Shown here piece after piece: positions 37,701 to 49,900 of a stretch of 64,000 nt of DNA. The number at the start of each line of letters is the position of its first letter. Positions within the stretch are counted from its first letter, which is position 1. The notes under the pieces are model-generated. The model was not told the DNA's origin and did no database searches. It saw only the letters and a list, made by a program, of their open reading frames with translations. Origin of the DNA: Phoronis australis (lineage: Eukaryota > Animalia > Phoronida); contig NMRA01000115.1 of NCBI GenBank assembly GCA_002633005.1, forward strand, positions 668,899 to 732,898. The letters are read 5' to 3'. A program made the translations under genes and the position numbers.

Positions 37701-40606
37701 TTTATTTACACGTGTCCGTTAACTGCACTAAAGTTATATGTTTAGAACTTAACTTTTATTCACACGTGTCCGTTAACTGCACAAAAGTCATATGTTTAGA
37801 ACTTAACTTTTATTCACAAATGTTTACTGTATAATTGATGTAGGGCTAGGACTTAACTTTTAATCACCACATCATGTCTGTTTACTGTACCACAGATGCA
37901 GATATAGAACGCAACTTTAACCACATCATGTTATTTACTTTTATTGACCACATCAAGTCTGTTTACTATACCACAGATGCAGGTTTAGAACTCAACTTTA
38001 ATCACATCATGTTATTTCTAATCCCATCATGCCTGTTTAATATGCAATCAATGCAGGCTTAGAACTTTCCATCTCGCAAGCAAATTTTTGCGTGTTGAAT
38101 TTTGAACTTGAAACAAAACCAATCACTTGGTGGTTAGTTTCCTTTAGCTATAAAGATCATGTTTATTGTTTTAGATGTAGACTTTATTATGATAAACTCA
38201 AAAAGCACTAGTTCAGATCAAGTGCTTTTAAAACATTCATCAGGTGCTTGTGCAGATGTCTTGTACACCATTCAGCAGAGTCCAACTGCCTCCCTTGTAA
38301 GAGCTTGATTTTGCAACTTCAAGGTCTTCCAAGCTCACACAGAAAATACTACAGGAAGTAAACAACAGGAAATCACAAATATCGTAAGCAGGGCTTGGAA
38401 TGGCCAATGACGAAAAAGAACCAAATTTTCCAGGTGATGTATCGTTCCACAAATAAATTAGGTTGTGTGATAGAAATATTCTTTGTGTTGTAAAATTTAA
38501 CTGAAATAAACATTTTTGCATGAATAAAGTCAAAATAATAATTCCAAGTCTTGCATACGGGGCACAATTGCGTTTGTCTGTCTCGGGTGAACCTGTACAC
38601 GGGACATTGGGCTTGAGAGGAGGAAATCCTAATTTTCCGATCTCAAATGAACTTACGAACATTTGCTTGCTGAGCTCGCAGGTTTTTCAGTTTAGGTCTC
38701 TCGTTTATTAAATTTTTGCGGCTCTTGCCGACGAGCTTTGGCGACTTCAGTTCCCTTTTGGCGACTTGCGAATTTTGTCATGACACATAAATTTGGCGAG
38801 TTGACGTTATGCTTTAAGCGTCAAGCTATGCTCATTAAAATTCATGCTCAAAAATTAAACAACCCAGTACCGACTTGTGCTCAATAATTGAGGAAGTGTG
38901 GCACCATGTTCTGTTCTTAGCAAGTCAAGAATTACCATAGTTTACCCATTTAATTTTCTACCTTAAAACAAGCATGTTACTAAAGTACCGAAAGCCAGAT
39001 AAAATTACATTTTGATGGCATGTCGACAACGATTCTAACAATATCTGGGTGGTGTGAAATTTGCCGAGTTGATTTTTCCCGTCTTAAATGTGCACCAAAA
39101 ACTCATTTAAATTTCCACAGAAAAAGAATAGGCAAAAATATGAAGTGCAAAACAGAATGAATTAAGCAACATAGTTTAAACAATCGTCAAAAATTGCTTT
39201 GTGAGTTTCACCTCCAACTTTTTTCTTGGTACAGACATAATGCTGACATTACTTTAACATAATCAACAGGTGGCGCTGCTAGACCACAACAAAGAATGGT
39301 CAAAATGCATACTCAATAAAATTAAATTGACCAATACTTTTTAAGTCACAAAATAAAAAAAAATTTACAAGTCATATTAATAAGCCAAAGATTAAAATCA
39401 CCTTATTTCAACATTGACTGATGGACTTTGTTTCGTCAAAGTAAATTAGTAACACTTTTTGAAACTAAACAAGAAATAATTTATTTACTTTTATTAAAAA
39501 AACCAAGTGCATGTAAGAGACCAGTATATGTTTATTGTAACAACAGAGAGAAGTTTAAAGGTATCCTACAGACTTCTTGAACTTTACTAGATTTCACCAG
39601 AGCTACAAGACAACAAAATCTGTTGTTTTTGAGATGCTATTATTATTAGCTAATTCTCATCGAAGTCCGCTTAACATTCGTTGAAATCAAGGCCGCTAAC
39701 TTTACCATTTATATACACTCAAAATGGGAAGAATTTATCTTCCCCAACACAGCAACATTAGATGTACAAATCCACATTGTGGCTCATCTCAGAAAATTTA
39801 CCTTTTCTCGTCGAAACTGTCTCTTAAATAAATTGACAATTCCTTGGTAGGCTTAGTAAAAGACACAGGATTGCAAATGAAAAATTGAGAAGCAGTATGC
39901 AGCCACAGTATTAGACTTCTACATTTCAGCACACATCTGTAAGATTTTTAAGGGAGTTTCTGATATCGGGAAAATATGGCAGTTGGGGATCTATGATATG
40001 ATGTCGTCTGCTTAAAACATTTTGAACGGATATCATAGAATGTCAATACAGTAAGAAAACCTGTCACTATAATAATAGAGGTGGAAAAGCTAAAATGTTG
40101 AACTTTGCCAACGTCTACATTTTCTAACATTCATTTAAGACAAAATTGTTTGCATAGCCATCAAAAACATCTCAATCTATTTCATTTTGAACAGATTGAG
40201 ATTCAGAACTAATATTCGACAAAGTCCATGGCAAATTATTGTCATCATGCAATTCAAATCAAACAAAGTCTTTTTGATATTCTGCCATTTCAAATAATTT
40301 AAGGATGGTTCACTTGAAACAAAGTGATAGTTTTGTAAAACGTAAACAAGTTAACAAATGCTGAGACATCAAAAATCGTAGAAAACCAAGAAACACTGGA
40401 ATCCAACATCACACACACACCACTGACTGTTGAGAGTTGAAAGTCAACATGGCGTTCACAGTTGTTACGAAAGATAAGTAAATTTGGTAACTTACGTCCT
40501 TTCCTACCCTTTGCATGTCATTCTGCAGTGGTCTTCTGGACTTCAGCGACAAAAATGTATCCGGGGGATCATCATCAGGCTCTAAACTGTGCCTAGTTTT
40601 GACCAT
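16075..40606 (-). CDS. ATAD2: ATPase family AAA domain-containing protein 2 (ATAD2/ATAD2B family; AAA ATPase + bromodomain), 21 exons, 1273 aa
   Basis: Exons (5'->3'): 40606-40496, 37494-37421, 37058-36839, 36484-36349, 32153-32073, 31618-31507, 29021-28908, 28489-28378, 27744-27603, 27288-27140, 25950-25702, 24810-24720, 24229-23906, 23607-23478, 22807-22621, 22193-21872, 21565-21372, 20982-20823, 20038-19916, 18843-18089, 16110-16075. All introns are GT-AG and in phase (3822 nt). Motifs: SLADVDPM, Walker [28 protein letters not shown], Walker [23 protein letters not shown], bromodomain [13 protein letters not shown]...NALEYNP. An exon hidden in the N gap cannot be excluded but is not needed for phase. 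Confidence 0.95.
16648..16713. repeat. (CTG)22 microsatellite in the last ATAD2 intron
   Basis: Uninterrupted CTG run. Confidence 0.95.
19467..19718 (+). mobile_element. tRNA-derived SINE
   Basis: A box (GTGGCCTGGTTG), B box (GGTTCGAGTCC), T/A-rich tail and 12-bp TSD TACTCTTGAGGC (19455-19466, 19719-19730). Confidence 0.8.
23035..23389. mobile_element. Kolobok-like MITE (TTAA-type), copy 1
   Basis: Termini AGGATACCAAA...TAGTATCCT after TTAA; collinear similarity to 27954-28284. Confidence 0.6.
25310..25625. repeat. Degenerate ~19-20-bp minisatellite
   Basis: Recurrent unit resembling (A/G)TTCAATCTC(C/T)(A/G)TCACA(A/G)A. Confidence 0.6.
26284..27082. mobile_element. hAT-type MITE, 799 bp, 8-bp TSD
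   Basis: TIRs CAGGGCTTCAT(C)CAG / CTGCATGAAGGCCTG; perfect TSD ACCCTAGC (26276-26283, 27083-27090); subterminal GGGCGTCC repeats. A decayed relative lies near 44970-45220. Confidence 0.85.
27954..28284. mobile_element. Kolobok-like MITE (TTAA-type), copy 2
   Basis: AGGATACCAAACCC...GGGTTTAGTGTCCT flanked by TTAA-like sites. Confidence 0.65.
29085..29581. mobile_element. hAT-like MITE with 6-bp TSD (family copy 2)
   Basis: CAGGGCTTGGAAT...ATTCCAAGACCTG with perfect TSD CAACCT. Confidence 0.85.
29740..31265. repeat. Old interspersed repeat built from degenerate ~140-150-bp units, interrupted by the MITE at 30606
   Basis: Recurring blocks CCATCAAGGAAC..GTAGATATAGAG and AAA(A/T)(T/G)GCCACTAG..GG; related sequence in reverse orientation at about 46840-47190 and 48110-48290. 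Boundaries approximate. Confidence 0.5.
30606..31107. mobile_element. hAT-like MITE with 6-bp TSD (family copy 3)
   Basis: CAGGGCTTGGAAT...ATTCCAAGCCCTG; flanks TCTGTG / TCTGTA (one mismatch). Confidence 0.85.
32223..35975. mobile_element. ~3.75-kb TIR DNA transposon, apparently non-autonomous relative of the element at 57563, in ATAD2 intron 4
   Basis: TA|CAGCACACATCACGAAATTTT at the left end and AAAAATTCATGATGTGTGCTG|TA at the right end, with GCCGACC-rich subtermini. 32223-32905 is collinear with 57563-58280. The element spans the N gap, so continuity is assumed. Confidence 0.75.
32906..33763. other. Assembly gap (858 N)
   Basis: Run of N. Confidence 0.99.
37627..38065. repeat. 54-bp minisatellite (about 4 well-conserved units, then decayed units) in ATAD2 intron 1
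   Basis: Unit TATATGTTTAGAACTTAACTTTTATTTACACGTGTCCGTTAACTGCACAAAAGT. Confidence 0.85.
38389..38829. mobile_element. Decayed MITE sharing one end with the 6-bp-TSD family
   Basis: Starts CAGGGCTTGGAATGGCCAATGACGAAAA. Its other end (GGCGAGTTGACGTTATGCT) resembles 45985-46015. A further matching end lies at about 44350-44376. No clean TSD. Confidence 0.45.
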
Positions 40607-40910
40607 AATTGTCGTAGAAATGCACGAGACTTACAAACATTTGTTCAATAAGAAGGTCGAAGTGCACACTTTCTCAGTTCGTCCGCGTCACAACATAGAG
40701 CAGCTTACGTCACTGTGACAATCTGTAAAACAGTCCAAAGGTAATTACAATATTCAAAAGTTGGCTTTTGCTGGTTTCCGGTGTCGCAGACTCATTTAAC
40801 TTTGGTCACCGACTTTATTATAACAGAAAACACGCGGAGTGGTAAGCACTGGCTGACTTCGGTGACATCACGAATATGGCGGGAAGTACTATTTCAAAAA
40901 TTCCGCCAAA
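40607..40910. promoter_or_regulatory. Bidirectional promoter ATAD2 / TMEM244 with cell-cycle elements
   Basis: 269 bp between the ATGs. CRE-like TTACGTCA (~40705), ETS-like TTCCGG (~40776), E2F-like TTCCCGCCA (40877-40885, minus) and GGCGG-N4-TTTGAA (40893-40907, minus). Confidence 0.5.
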
Positions 40911-43900
40911 AAGAAATTTCTTTGAAGAAGGATCCTGTGGCTTGTGTAATGTTATCTACGGGTATTTCTTTAGACCGGCCCCTAGTGGATGTGGGGTAAT
41001 GAAAAATACGGGTAAATCATTCACAGATAGCATCTGTAGTGTGATTTAGCAGACGTCTTTGTTCTGTTGACCCATTTTTCTGATCCAACATATTTACCAT
41101 TTCCCGGAAGTTTCAGGTGCGCGTGCTCGACGACAAAGTTTCGAACTTGCGTTTTCGCTGGCATGAGTGCCTTGTGTTGTGATTAGCCTGCTCGCAGGCG
41201 AACTGTAGATGAAGACTTCTGTACGTGCACGTTGACTGTATATAGTGGACTAGTATTGTCTGGTGTACTTAGATATAGAAAGCTTAGAAATCGAAGGCAA
41301 AGCTGACTAGACTGATTCCCCGTCTGTGTAGACAATCATTGACCAGGCATCGTCTCTGCTGACGCAGCCAGTGGCAGTAGAGTAGGCAATTACATCGCCC
41401 TGGATGCCGCAGGCGTAGAGACGATGGAGCTCTTATAGGTGCTTCATACGACGGAAGCTTTTCGGGGAATTATACCTCACACTGACTAAAACATCATGCC
41501 TTTTGCGCATAGGGACACCTTAGTTCTTAATTAGGAGGTCATCAATGTAAATTTAATAATTCCTTCCACTCGAGCAAATACTCCCAGCCTGCTATCAAAC
41601 TTTTTTTCGAGCAGTCCCTTGTTCAGTTCCCAAAATTGGTAACTCGCCATTTTTAACACTGCACTGACAGGTGGCATGACGCATGTATCCCCTAGCGTGC
41701 GCAGTGCGAAAATGGCGAGTTACCAATTTTGCGAACTGAACGAGGGACTGCTCGAAAAAAAAGCTTGAAACTAGAGTATTTGTTGGAGTTGGAAGGAATT
41801 AAATTCGTGGATGACCTCCTGAGGTGTCCCTCTATGTACAAAAGGTATTTATAACAACGTGACTTCGTTGTTTTATTCAGTGCAAGGTATAATTTGCCAA
41901 AAATCTTCCGGCATACGAAGCACCAATAGGAGCAGCCAGCAGAGACGATGGTCATTGTCTACCGTCTGTGCTGCTTTCTCTCGCGTAACTGGACTTTGTA
42001 GCCGTCTCAACTAGCAGTATAATAGACAGTGACCGCCGGCAACATCTCTAGCTGGCCCTGGTAGAAACGTTGCTTTATACACCGGAATTTGGTGAATTAT
42101 ACTTCACACTGATTAAACAATCAAAGTCACGTTGTTATAAGTACATTTTGCGCATTAGGCTGTTCATTTCGATTCCTTCCAACTCGAACAGATGCTCTCA
42201 TAATAAAACTTTTTCTTCGAGCAGTCCTTTGTTCAGTTGCCCAAATCGGCTAGGGCATTTTTAGCAACGCGCGCGTTTCTGGTGTGCGCGGTAAAAATAG
42301 GAGCACTTGCAGTGTAAAAATGGCCTGTTGCCGAATTTAGGCAACTGAACTAAGGACTGGTGGAAGAAAAAGTTTGTTTAGGGGTCGTATTTGTTCGAGT
42401 TGGAAGAAATTAAAGATATCGACGGCCTTTTTAAGGTGTCTCTCTTTGCACAAAGGTAATTATGACAACATGACTTAGGTGTTTTAATCAGTGTGAGGCA
42501 TAGTTCGCTCAAAAGCTTCTGTCGCTAGTCGGGCCAGGTAGAGACGGTGGCCTTAGACCCTTTATGTGCAGAAAACTTTTTGGCAAATTATCTCGCACTG
42601 ATTAAACTCTTTAAGCCATGTTCTTACCTGCCTTTTGCACATAGATGGACACCTTAGGAGGCCGTTGATGTATTCAATTCTTCTCAGCTGGAACAAATAG
42701 TCCCACAATCAACTTTATTTTTGAGCTTTCTTTCATTTAGGTGCCCAAATCGGCAACTGGCCATTTTTACACTGTACGTCCCAGGAGATATGCTATTTTC
42801 CTTGGTGTCAAGACCAATACATTCAGTATTTTCGCAGTTAAACGATCAAAATGAAGTTTGGTGATTCAGATGAGATGTGATTTTAAGTTTGGGAATTAAG
42901 AACTGATGGTGCTCGATGCTTAAAGTTCTCCCTTTGACATGCCAGTCATCGAGTTGTAACAAACTGTCAATTGTTACCAAGCTCCAAATGGACCACTACC
43001 ATCAGTAAGAAGCTAGTCAACATTAGAACTGGTAGAGGTCTGACTTAAGCTAGTTTCTTTGGCCGAAAACAGTTTTGTGTATCTGACTTTAATTTTATAG
43101 ACTAACTGACTCATGGCGTTCAGTTTGTTTTGAGTGCTTTGTTTACATGTCCGTACATTGTTTTTCAGGACATTCTTATCAACCTCTTGAAGTGTCTGAT
43201 AGCACACTACGCAGTATTTTACATTGTAGCTGCTATCTGCTATGGAGCATTCAGGTATATTGCCAAACTTAATCTATTTAAACTAGTTCTCAAAATACCT
43301 TTAATATGTTTAATGATGATTATTATAAATAATTACAATAGTTTTGCTATTAAAGCGTTAATCCTAGTGTTTTTATATGTGCATGATTTTTGCTTCATCA
43401 ACTACTTATTGGTCCATCAATTGTTTATTTTTGCTTTTGTTGCTCAGAATTGAAACAGCATTGAACATATTAAGTCATCACTTGAGAGGAAGGGGTTTGG
43501 AAAGGACAATTCATGGTAAGGAAGGGGCTATCGATGGCGAGGAAGGGGCGTTAGACTCATGGTGACATCGTCATATGGGTTATCAGTACATATCGTTGGG
43601 AAACTAGGTCACCTTCTAGTGGAATTTACTAATAGATTTGTCCCACATTACAAAGCAACACTCTTGCTGTATTTACGCACAATGCCGTAAACATCTGTAA
43701 GGCACATTTGCTGCCTCGTTTTCATGCCACTGGAGTTTCACATTCATTGGTATTTATTGTTGTCTGGTTCTTAAGTTTTTCTCTGTTGCATCCGTCGAAG
43801 TATTACTGCAGCTGTGCTGTGGGCTGCAACTCCGATGTAAGAAAACTGGACAAATACCCATGGATGCGCGATCTGAAATTCTTCACCTTCAAGACATCAA

Positions 43901-46900
43901 TGAGAGACATGAAAATATGTCTTGATTTCCAAAACAAGGTCACACACTTTCTTATCTCCGGGACAGTGAGATCTATCGCCGTGTAATCCGGGACTGCCCT
44001 ATTCTGAATCAAGGACCTGGTGTTTCCCGTTTCCAAGATTTGATCATATTCCAGTAGGCTTACTTTATAAAAATGTGCACAGACCAATGACTGGTCCACT
44101 GCATCAGTGGTTAAACAGGGGGGTGACTGGAATGAAATTTTCGTCTTTTAATAGGATTTCCTTTTTTGGTTTCGATTTCCTCTTATTTGACTTTCTGTTT
44201 CTTCTTTTTTCTTCTCTTTTTATCATTCTGATTTCCATTCATGCAAAAACATTCAGTTCTGATCAGTTAAATTTTATAACACAAAAAAAAATATTTCGTT
44301 CACGCAAGCCCATTTGTGGAACAATGCATCACCAAGAAATTTTTCCTCTTTTTTGTCATTGGTCATTCCAAGCCCATGTAATTAGAAGGTTGATATCATT
44401 ATTACGGTCGATGACAGAGGTGAGAGGTGGTTATGGTGTATCAAATTTTGGATGACGTAATGTGTGAACGCTCCCAAATCGAGAACTGTGCTTTCAAGTT
44501 GAATTGAGTGCTGTTTAGGTCATATGACGATTACCTTGGGTCATTCTGTTTCACACCATGATGAGGGTCAAGTGTTGATTTAGTTCTGTTATCTCAAAAG
44601 GTCTTTAAAGAAGACTGGCATAGCACTGTTTTTTATGGTGATACGGTTTTACTGAGGTTGGAATGGATTAATAGTTGTTATTTTTGACTTAGACATAATA
44701 AGAATGAAGTAGTTTAAGTCAAAATTTAGAATTTAGCCATATTTGTCTGATGCAGCGCTCATTACTTTAAATTACACCTGTCAAGCTGGACTTGAAAAAT
44801 TTCTTGAAAGTGTCAGTTTTCGTATTGGAATCGAGTCGATGATCGAATTAAACGAAGTGGCCAAGCTGTGGAAAGGCTAGCCAGCTTCCTGAACCATTAT
44901 TAAAATACTTGTGATTGACTTGTTCATAGTGTAGCATAGTGGTGTCGTGCTCAAGTGCAGACTCCACCCAGGTGTTTGTCGAGGATTTCAAAAAATAGGG
45001 TGTCCAAAATGGGTTTCCCAATGCCTCGGGGCATCCATGAGCCATCTAGTGAATGTTTTTTATGACTCCTAAGTCAAATTGCTGTTAGTGTAGTATGTTA
45101 TTCTTTGGGCAGGTCAATACGCTCCCTAAGTTGCTGCTGAAAAGTTAAGAGAGACACCTATGCTTGCTTGCTTTACGTGTGCATTCAAATACTCAACAGG
45201 GCGTCCTTACTAGGATGTCTAAATTTGAGCAAACTAACCATTGCCTGTTACTGACAAGTTTTTGTTAACAGATAACTGAAATTTTCATTGTTTGGCTTAT
45301 TTTTTTTCAGACTTGAAAATTTTGATGGTCGAATGCCATTCAATTTCATCACTTTTATTGAACTCCCAGAGTGCTGCAAGTCGTACACCCATGATCAATT
45401 AGGTAAATGTTTTGTATTGATGATCGCATCTAGACATGAAGTTGTAGGTATTTAATATGTTATCAGTCTCATGATCCATCAGTGGCCAACCAAAACCCTT
45501 GCAATTACGGTGCTGCATAGCTGACCAGGGCTCGATTTGGCATTCCGTAGCTCACCAGTATGACATCAGACCTGCTAAAAGTCACCACAAAATTGCCATG
45601 TACAAATCCAAGCATGTGGTCAAAATATTACAATATGTGAAGAGAGTGGAGTCAGAATTGTTCGTTTAAAAAAGCAGAAGTACTCATACCTGCACAGACA
45701 ACTTGTTCTGATCGTCTGCCTTTTCCTTAAGTATGAGCTGAGCATGCGCACCTTAGTGGACCTGAGGGGGATATAAGTCATTACTGAGTGGTCGATAAAC
45801 CCCTGATTTTCCATTCAACTGAAGAAAAAGGTCACCCGCGTATTGCGGTGGACATTCATTCTGTTCACTGGCCAACAATGCTTTGTTTGTGGAGTACGGG
45901 ACTTACACATATGTGGGCTTTCTGCGTTTTGGCGAAACCATCATTTTCGATTTGGCACCCTGGGAATTTTGCCGGGTCGCATTTAGCGAGTTGATGTTAT
46001 GCTAAGCTTTGACCCCTACAACTCCTAAATTCCAGCACAGTATAGGGCAGTTTCCATTAGTACATATTGTGTTATGCATGAAACGAAATAAGATTAAATT
46101 GCATTAGCAATAGCATAAAAGGTATGTCCATTTGTCTATAGATAAAGTGTGGTGGCCAATCCCATGTGTTTATTTGAAATGGATTCTGTAGCGTTTGCAT
46201 AATACACATTGGTTATTGCAATTCGCAGTTTTTATTTCAATGATTCTGCTCATTTCAGCCAATCTGACATGCTTATTGGTGTCCTACTTCATCAACACCT
46301 GGACATTCACTGCCCTTGTGAGGAAAACTGTCTGGGACTACTGTCTGACATTGACTCTCTTTCACATACTTCTGTCTTGCTTAGGTAAGTGGATTCATTG
46401 CTCCTGATACCTCTATTTTGGGGCCAGATTTCTGCCTCATTCCCCACTGCTGAAAAAATATTTAAAGATCACTTAAAATTCTCATTGTCGGGTTCAAAAA
46501 TTTCCAATAAAAAAATTAAGGAACATGGGTCCTTATTTGGGGGTGGAATTGGTAGTGAACAGGAGGGAGAATTTTCCCCTCACCTTGAGAAAATAAAAAA
46601 CCCTCAGGTGAGCAAGGGCCATGGGATTAAAAAGGAAGGTATTAGTTGTAGTCATATTCTTTAATTACGTGTGAATGGAATTTGTGATAGTGAGGCCTAG
46701 GGCATCAGAGAAGAAATGTCAGCTCTGACGCTACCCCTGATCTAATGATGTCTACAAGAACAGAAAGCTAGAGCTTGTTGATCATTATTGTATCCACACC
46801 AGTATAATCTCACCCAGCAGGTATAAACTCTGTATCCGACTACCGGTGTGCCTCCTGGTGGCAATTTTAATTTTTTACGTTTGCATCAGTATCTTCAAAG

Positions 46901-49900
46901 GTCCTCAACAGATTTTCATAAAATTTGACAAATAGGCATTTATTAGTGAGATGACGCTACCTTCTTGTTCTCGAATGGATTCAAGGTACTTTGTACCACC
47001 TTGTGGCCATTTTTTACCATTTTTGAGTTTCTTTTTTGGCGTCTGGCCCTCTATCAATCAAACCACTCTAGGGATGAGTGTGAAAATTGGTATATGTGTT
47101 CCTAGCACTTGTGAAGAGGACGGCTGATGATGATTTTCCGACTTCACCTACTGTGATGCTTCCTATTGGCAGTTTTTTTTTGCGCTGTATCTTTTAAAGG
47201 CGAAGGCAACCTTTCTTCATGTCATTTTTAGCACAAATACGGTTCGATGACTATCCCAGACATATTTTCCACTTAATTAGAGCTTTTCGTAATTTGATTA
47301 ATTATTCGTTATCTACTCCGGAAGTGACATTTTGGGAGGCAAGGATTTCGCGCCAATTTCTTTTCCCATAGTCTGACTATATGAGCGTTGTCGAGTCAAT
47401 CATTCATCTGCCTCGGTTGTCATAAGTTCGGTCGTCGTTTGTTTTTGTTTACGAGTCAGTCAACATGCCACACTGTTGCTGCGTACCGGGATGTACTCAT
47501 TATGGCCCAAAGCCTGTTGGCAGCCATGCTGCGATGTTGAGTAGTGGGAGTGAATACAGGCCCAATTCGACACCCAGTGAAGAGTACAGTTCGTCGTTCA
47601 ATGAACAGATCGGTGAGCCAAACTTTGATAAGTTTATTGTGGACTTGTCTAAAGTATTAGAGCTATTTAGAAGGTGCCAGGTGTGTGGCGAGGTAGTCAC
47701 ACGGCAGGGTGTAAACAGTTTGTGTGCTCAGGTCACTATCAGTGGGAGTGTGTCGCGGACACTCGGGCAAGTGGGACAGTTGTTCCTCTGTCCGTGAGAT
47801 GATAATGAGTACATCCCGGTACACAGCAACAGTGTGGCATGTTGACTGACTCGTAAACAAAATCACACGATGACCGAATTTATCAAAACCGAGATAGATC
47901 AATCACTGACTCATTAGCTCTCACAGTCAGACGATACGAAAAGAAATAAGCGGGAAATTCTTGCCTCCCAAAACGTCACTTCCAGAGTAGACAACGAATA
48001 ATTAATTAAATTACAAAAAGCTGTAATTAAGTGGAAAATGTTTCTGGGATAACCAATGAACCTTATTTAAGCTAAAAAAGACATGAAAAAAGGTTGCCTT
48101 CGCCTTTGAACCCTCTCCAAAATCTTTATTGAATTTAGCAGTGTATTTCTATGAAGTTGATAAGTGTCAGCGACAACTTTTTAGCCATTTGGCAACACGC
48201 TGGAATATCTTATTGCCATTTCTACATTTGCTATCGCCAAAATGGCGATGAAAAACGGCTTTCGATCACTGTACTAGCTTAGTAGTATAGCAAACAACAG
48301 GTGCTGATTACCCAAGTAGTTGGTGCTTAGGGCTGTTCCAGTAAAATCTGTATGGGAGGGGGTGGAAGGCACCTTTTTTTCGCACCCACCACCCAAATTT
48401 TTCATTTATTTCTTCGGCCTACCACCCGTAATTTTTTATAAGTTTGAAATGCAACCACCCGTAATTTTTTTGTTCTTGTGGTTGACTGCACAGGCACTTG
48501 AGTTTATCTGTTCTCCATCACCACTAACGTCATTCATTACTAAGAAAACATATGTTTCTTATATATGGTTATTAGCCATCGAGAAATTCGAGCACCTGTG
48601 GTTAACTGGTGTTATGGGCATACCGATGAGGAGATCGGAGGGAGTGAAAAAGTCGGAGCTTTTTGCAAGTTGCATTTTTGTTTCAGTTTTTGATTCTGTG
48701 CGGATTGTTTATAAAATATACTAAAATTACCCGCCATCAAACATTTATGGCACAATGAAACAACACCGACCTGTAAATTTTTGTTTTTGTGAAATACGAC
48801 CACCAGCCATTTTGAATTTAAATCAAACGCAACCACCCATAAATTTTTATTTCAGTTGCCTTCCCCCTCCCCCACACAGATTTTGCTGGAACAGCCCTTA
48901 GTGATTTATGTTCTTGTATAAGTATATGAATTGCTATTTTACCAATCCAAAAAGTGTGTACGAATTATTTTTTGGACAGATATGTGTACGAACTATTTTT
49001 CCATGCGAACCTATTGTACGAACTATTAGAAACGCCTTGTTGCAAGGGTGGTGTTCAAACTGTTAGGTGTACAAACTGTTTGAGAAATGACCATAGGCTA
49101 CATTTGGAAAACTAATGCTTACAGCATCAGAGTGGATTAGAAATTATCATTGCCCTCGCTCAGGTAAAGGTAGCTCTGCTTTCTGAGGGAATTTTTTTCA
49201 AGTGAAATTAAAATCCCCAATCTTCCTCTGGTCACCAGTTTTTCCAGGCATGCCTGTGAAGTTAGACCTTTTCAAGTCGAGGCCCTGTATGAGTTAACTT
49301 GGGGGGAGTTTTTGAAGTGTGGAATTTCATGTAATTTTAAAATATTTTTATAGGGAAATGAGGCTGATGTTTGACTCCAAAATTGAGACATTTAGGATCC
49401 TGGTTATTGAGATTTACTGAAACTTGCGTCCCATGGGAAGAAAGCAACTTTGTTAACTGCGACATAGCAACATAATTGCGTTTTTTAGTTGAACTTGAGT
49501 TGGATCTAAAATTTGTAGTTTTTATCGCATCACACTGTCTTTTGAATGACACTGAGATTGTCAGAGAAAAACACTGGAAATTGTGCTAGTTTTAAGTTGC
49601 TAAGTGCAGGTTTTTAGCATGAGGGTTCTAGATTGTGTGCCAAATGGTCGGGCAGCCCTGCATAGTAAATGTCAAAATGCAACATGAACAACCAGTCTGT
49701 TGTTGAAAGTCTGTCTTCACTTCCTTTTCAGTCATGCTGTCATTTCCACTCAACTGGTCCTGGTGGTTCTGTATTGGTAGGTGTCTAGTTTTTCACTTGT
49801 CCAAAACTCGGTCATTTTTGCCGCAATATATGGAAAAGAGCTTTTTATGGTTTAGATCATGTTAAAACATGTTAAAACATTGAGAAGTAATCACACTGCT

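Noticed and set aside
37562-37834. CRISPR-like array or repeat-protein ORF
   Set aside because: Head-to-tail 54-bp units with no unique spacers, in a eukaryotic intron, with no cas genes.
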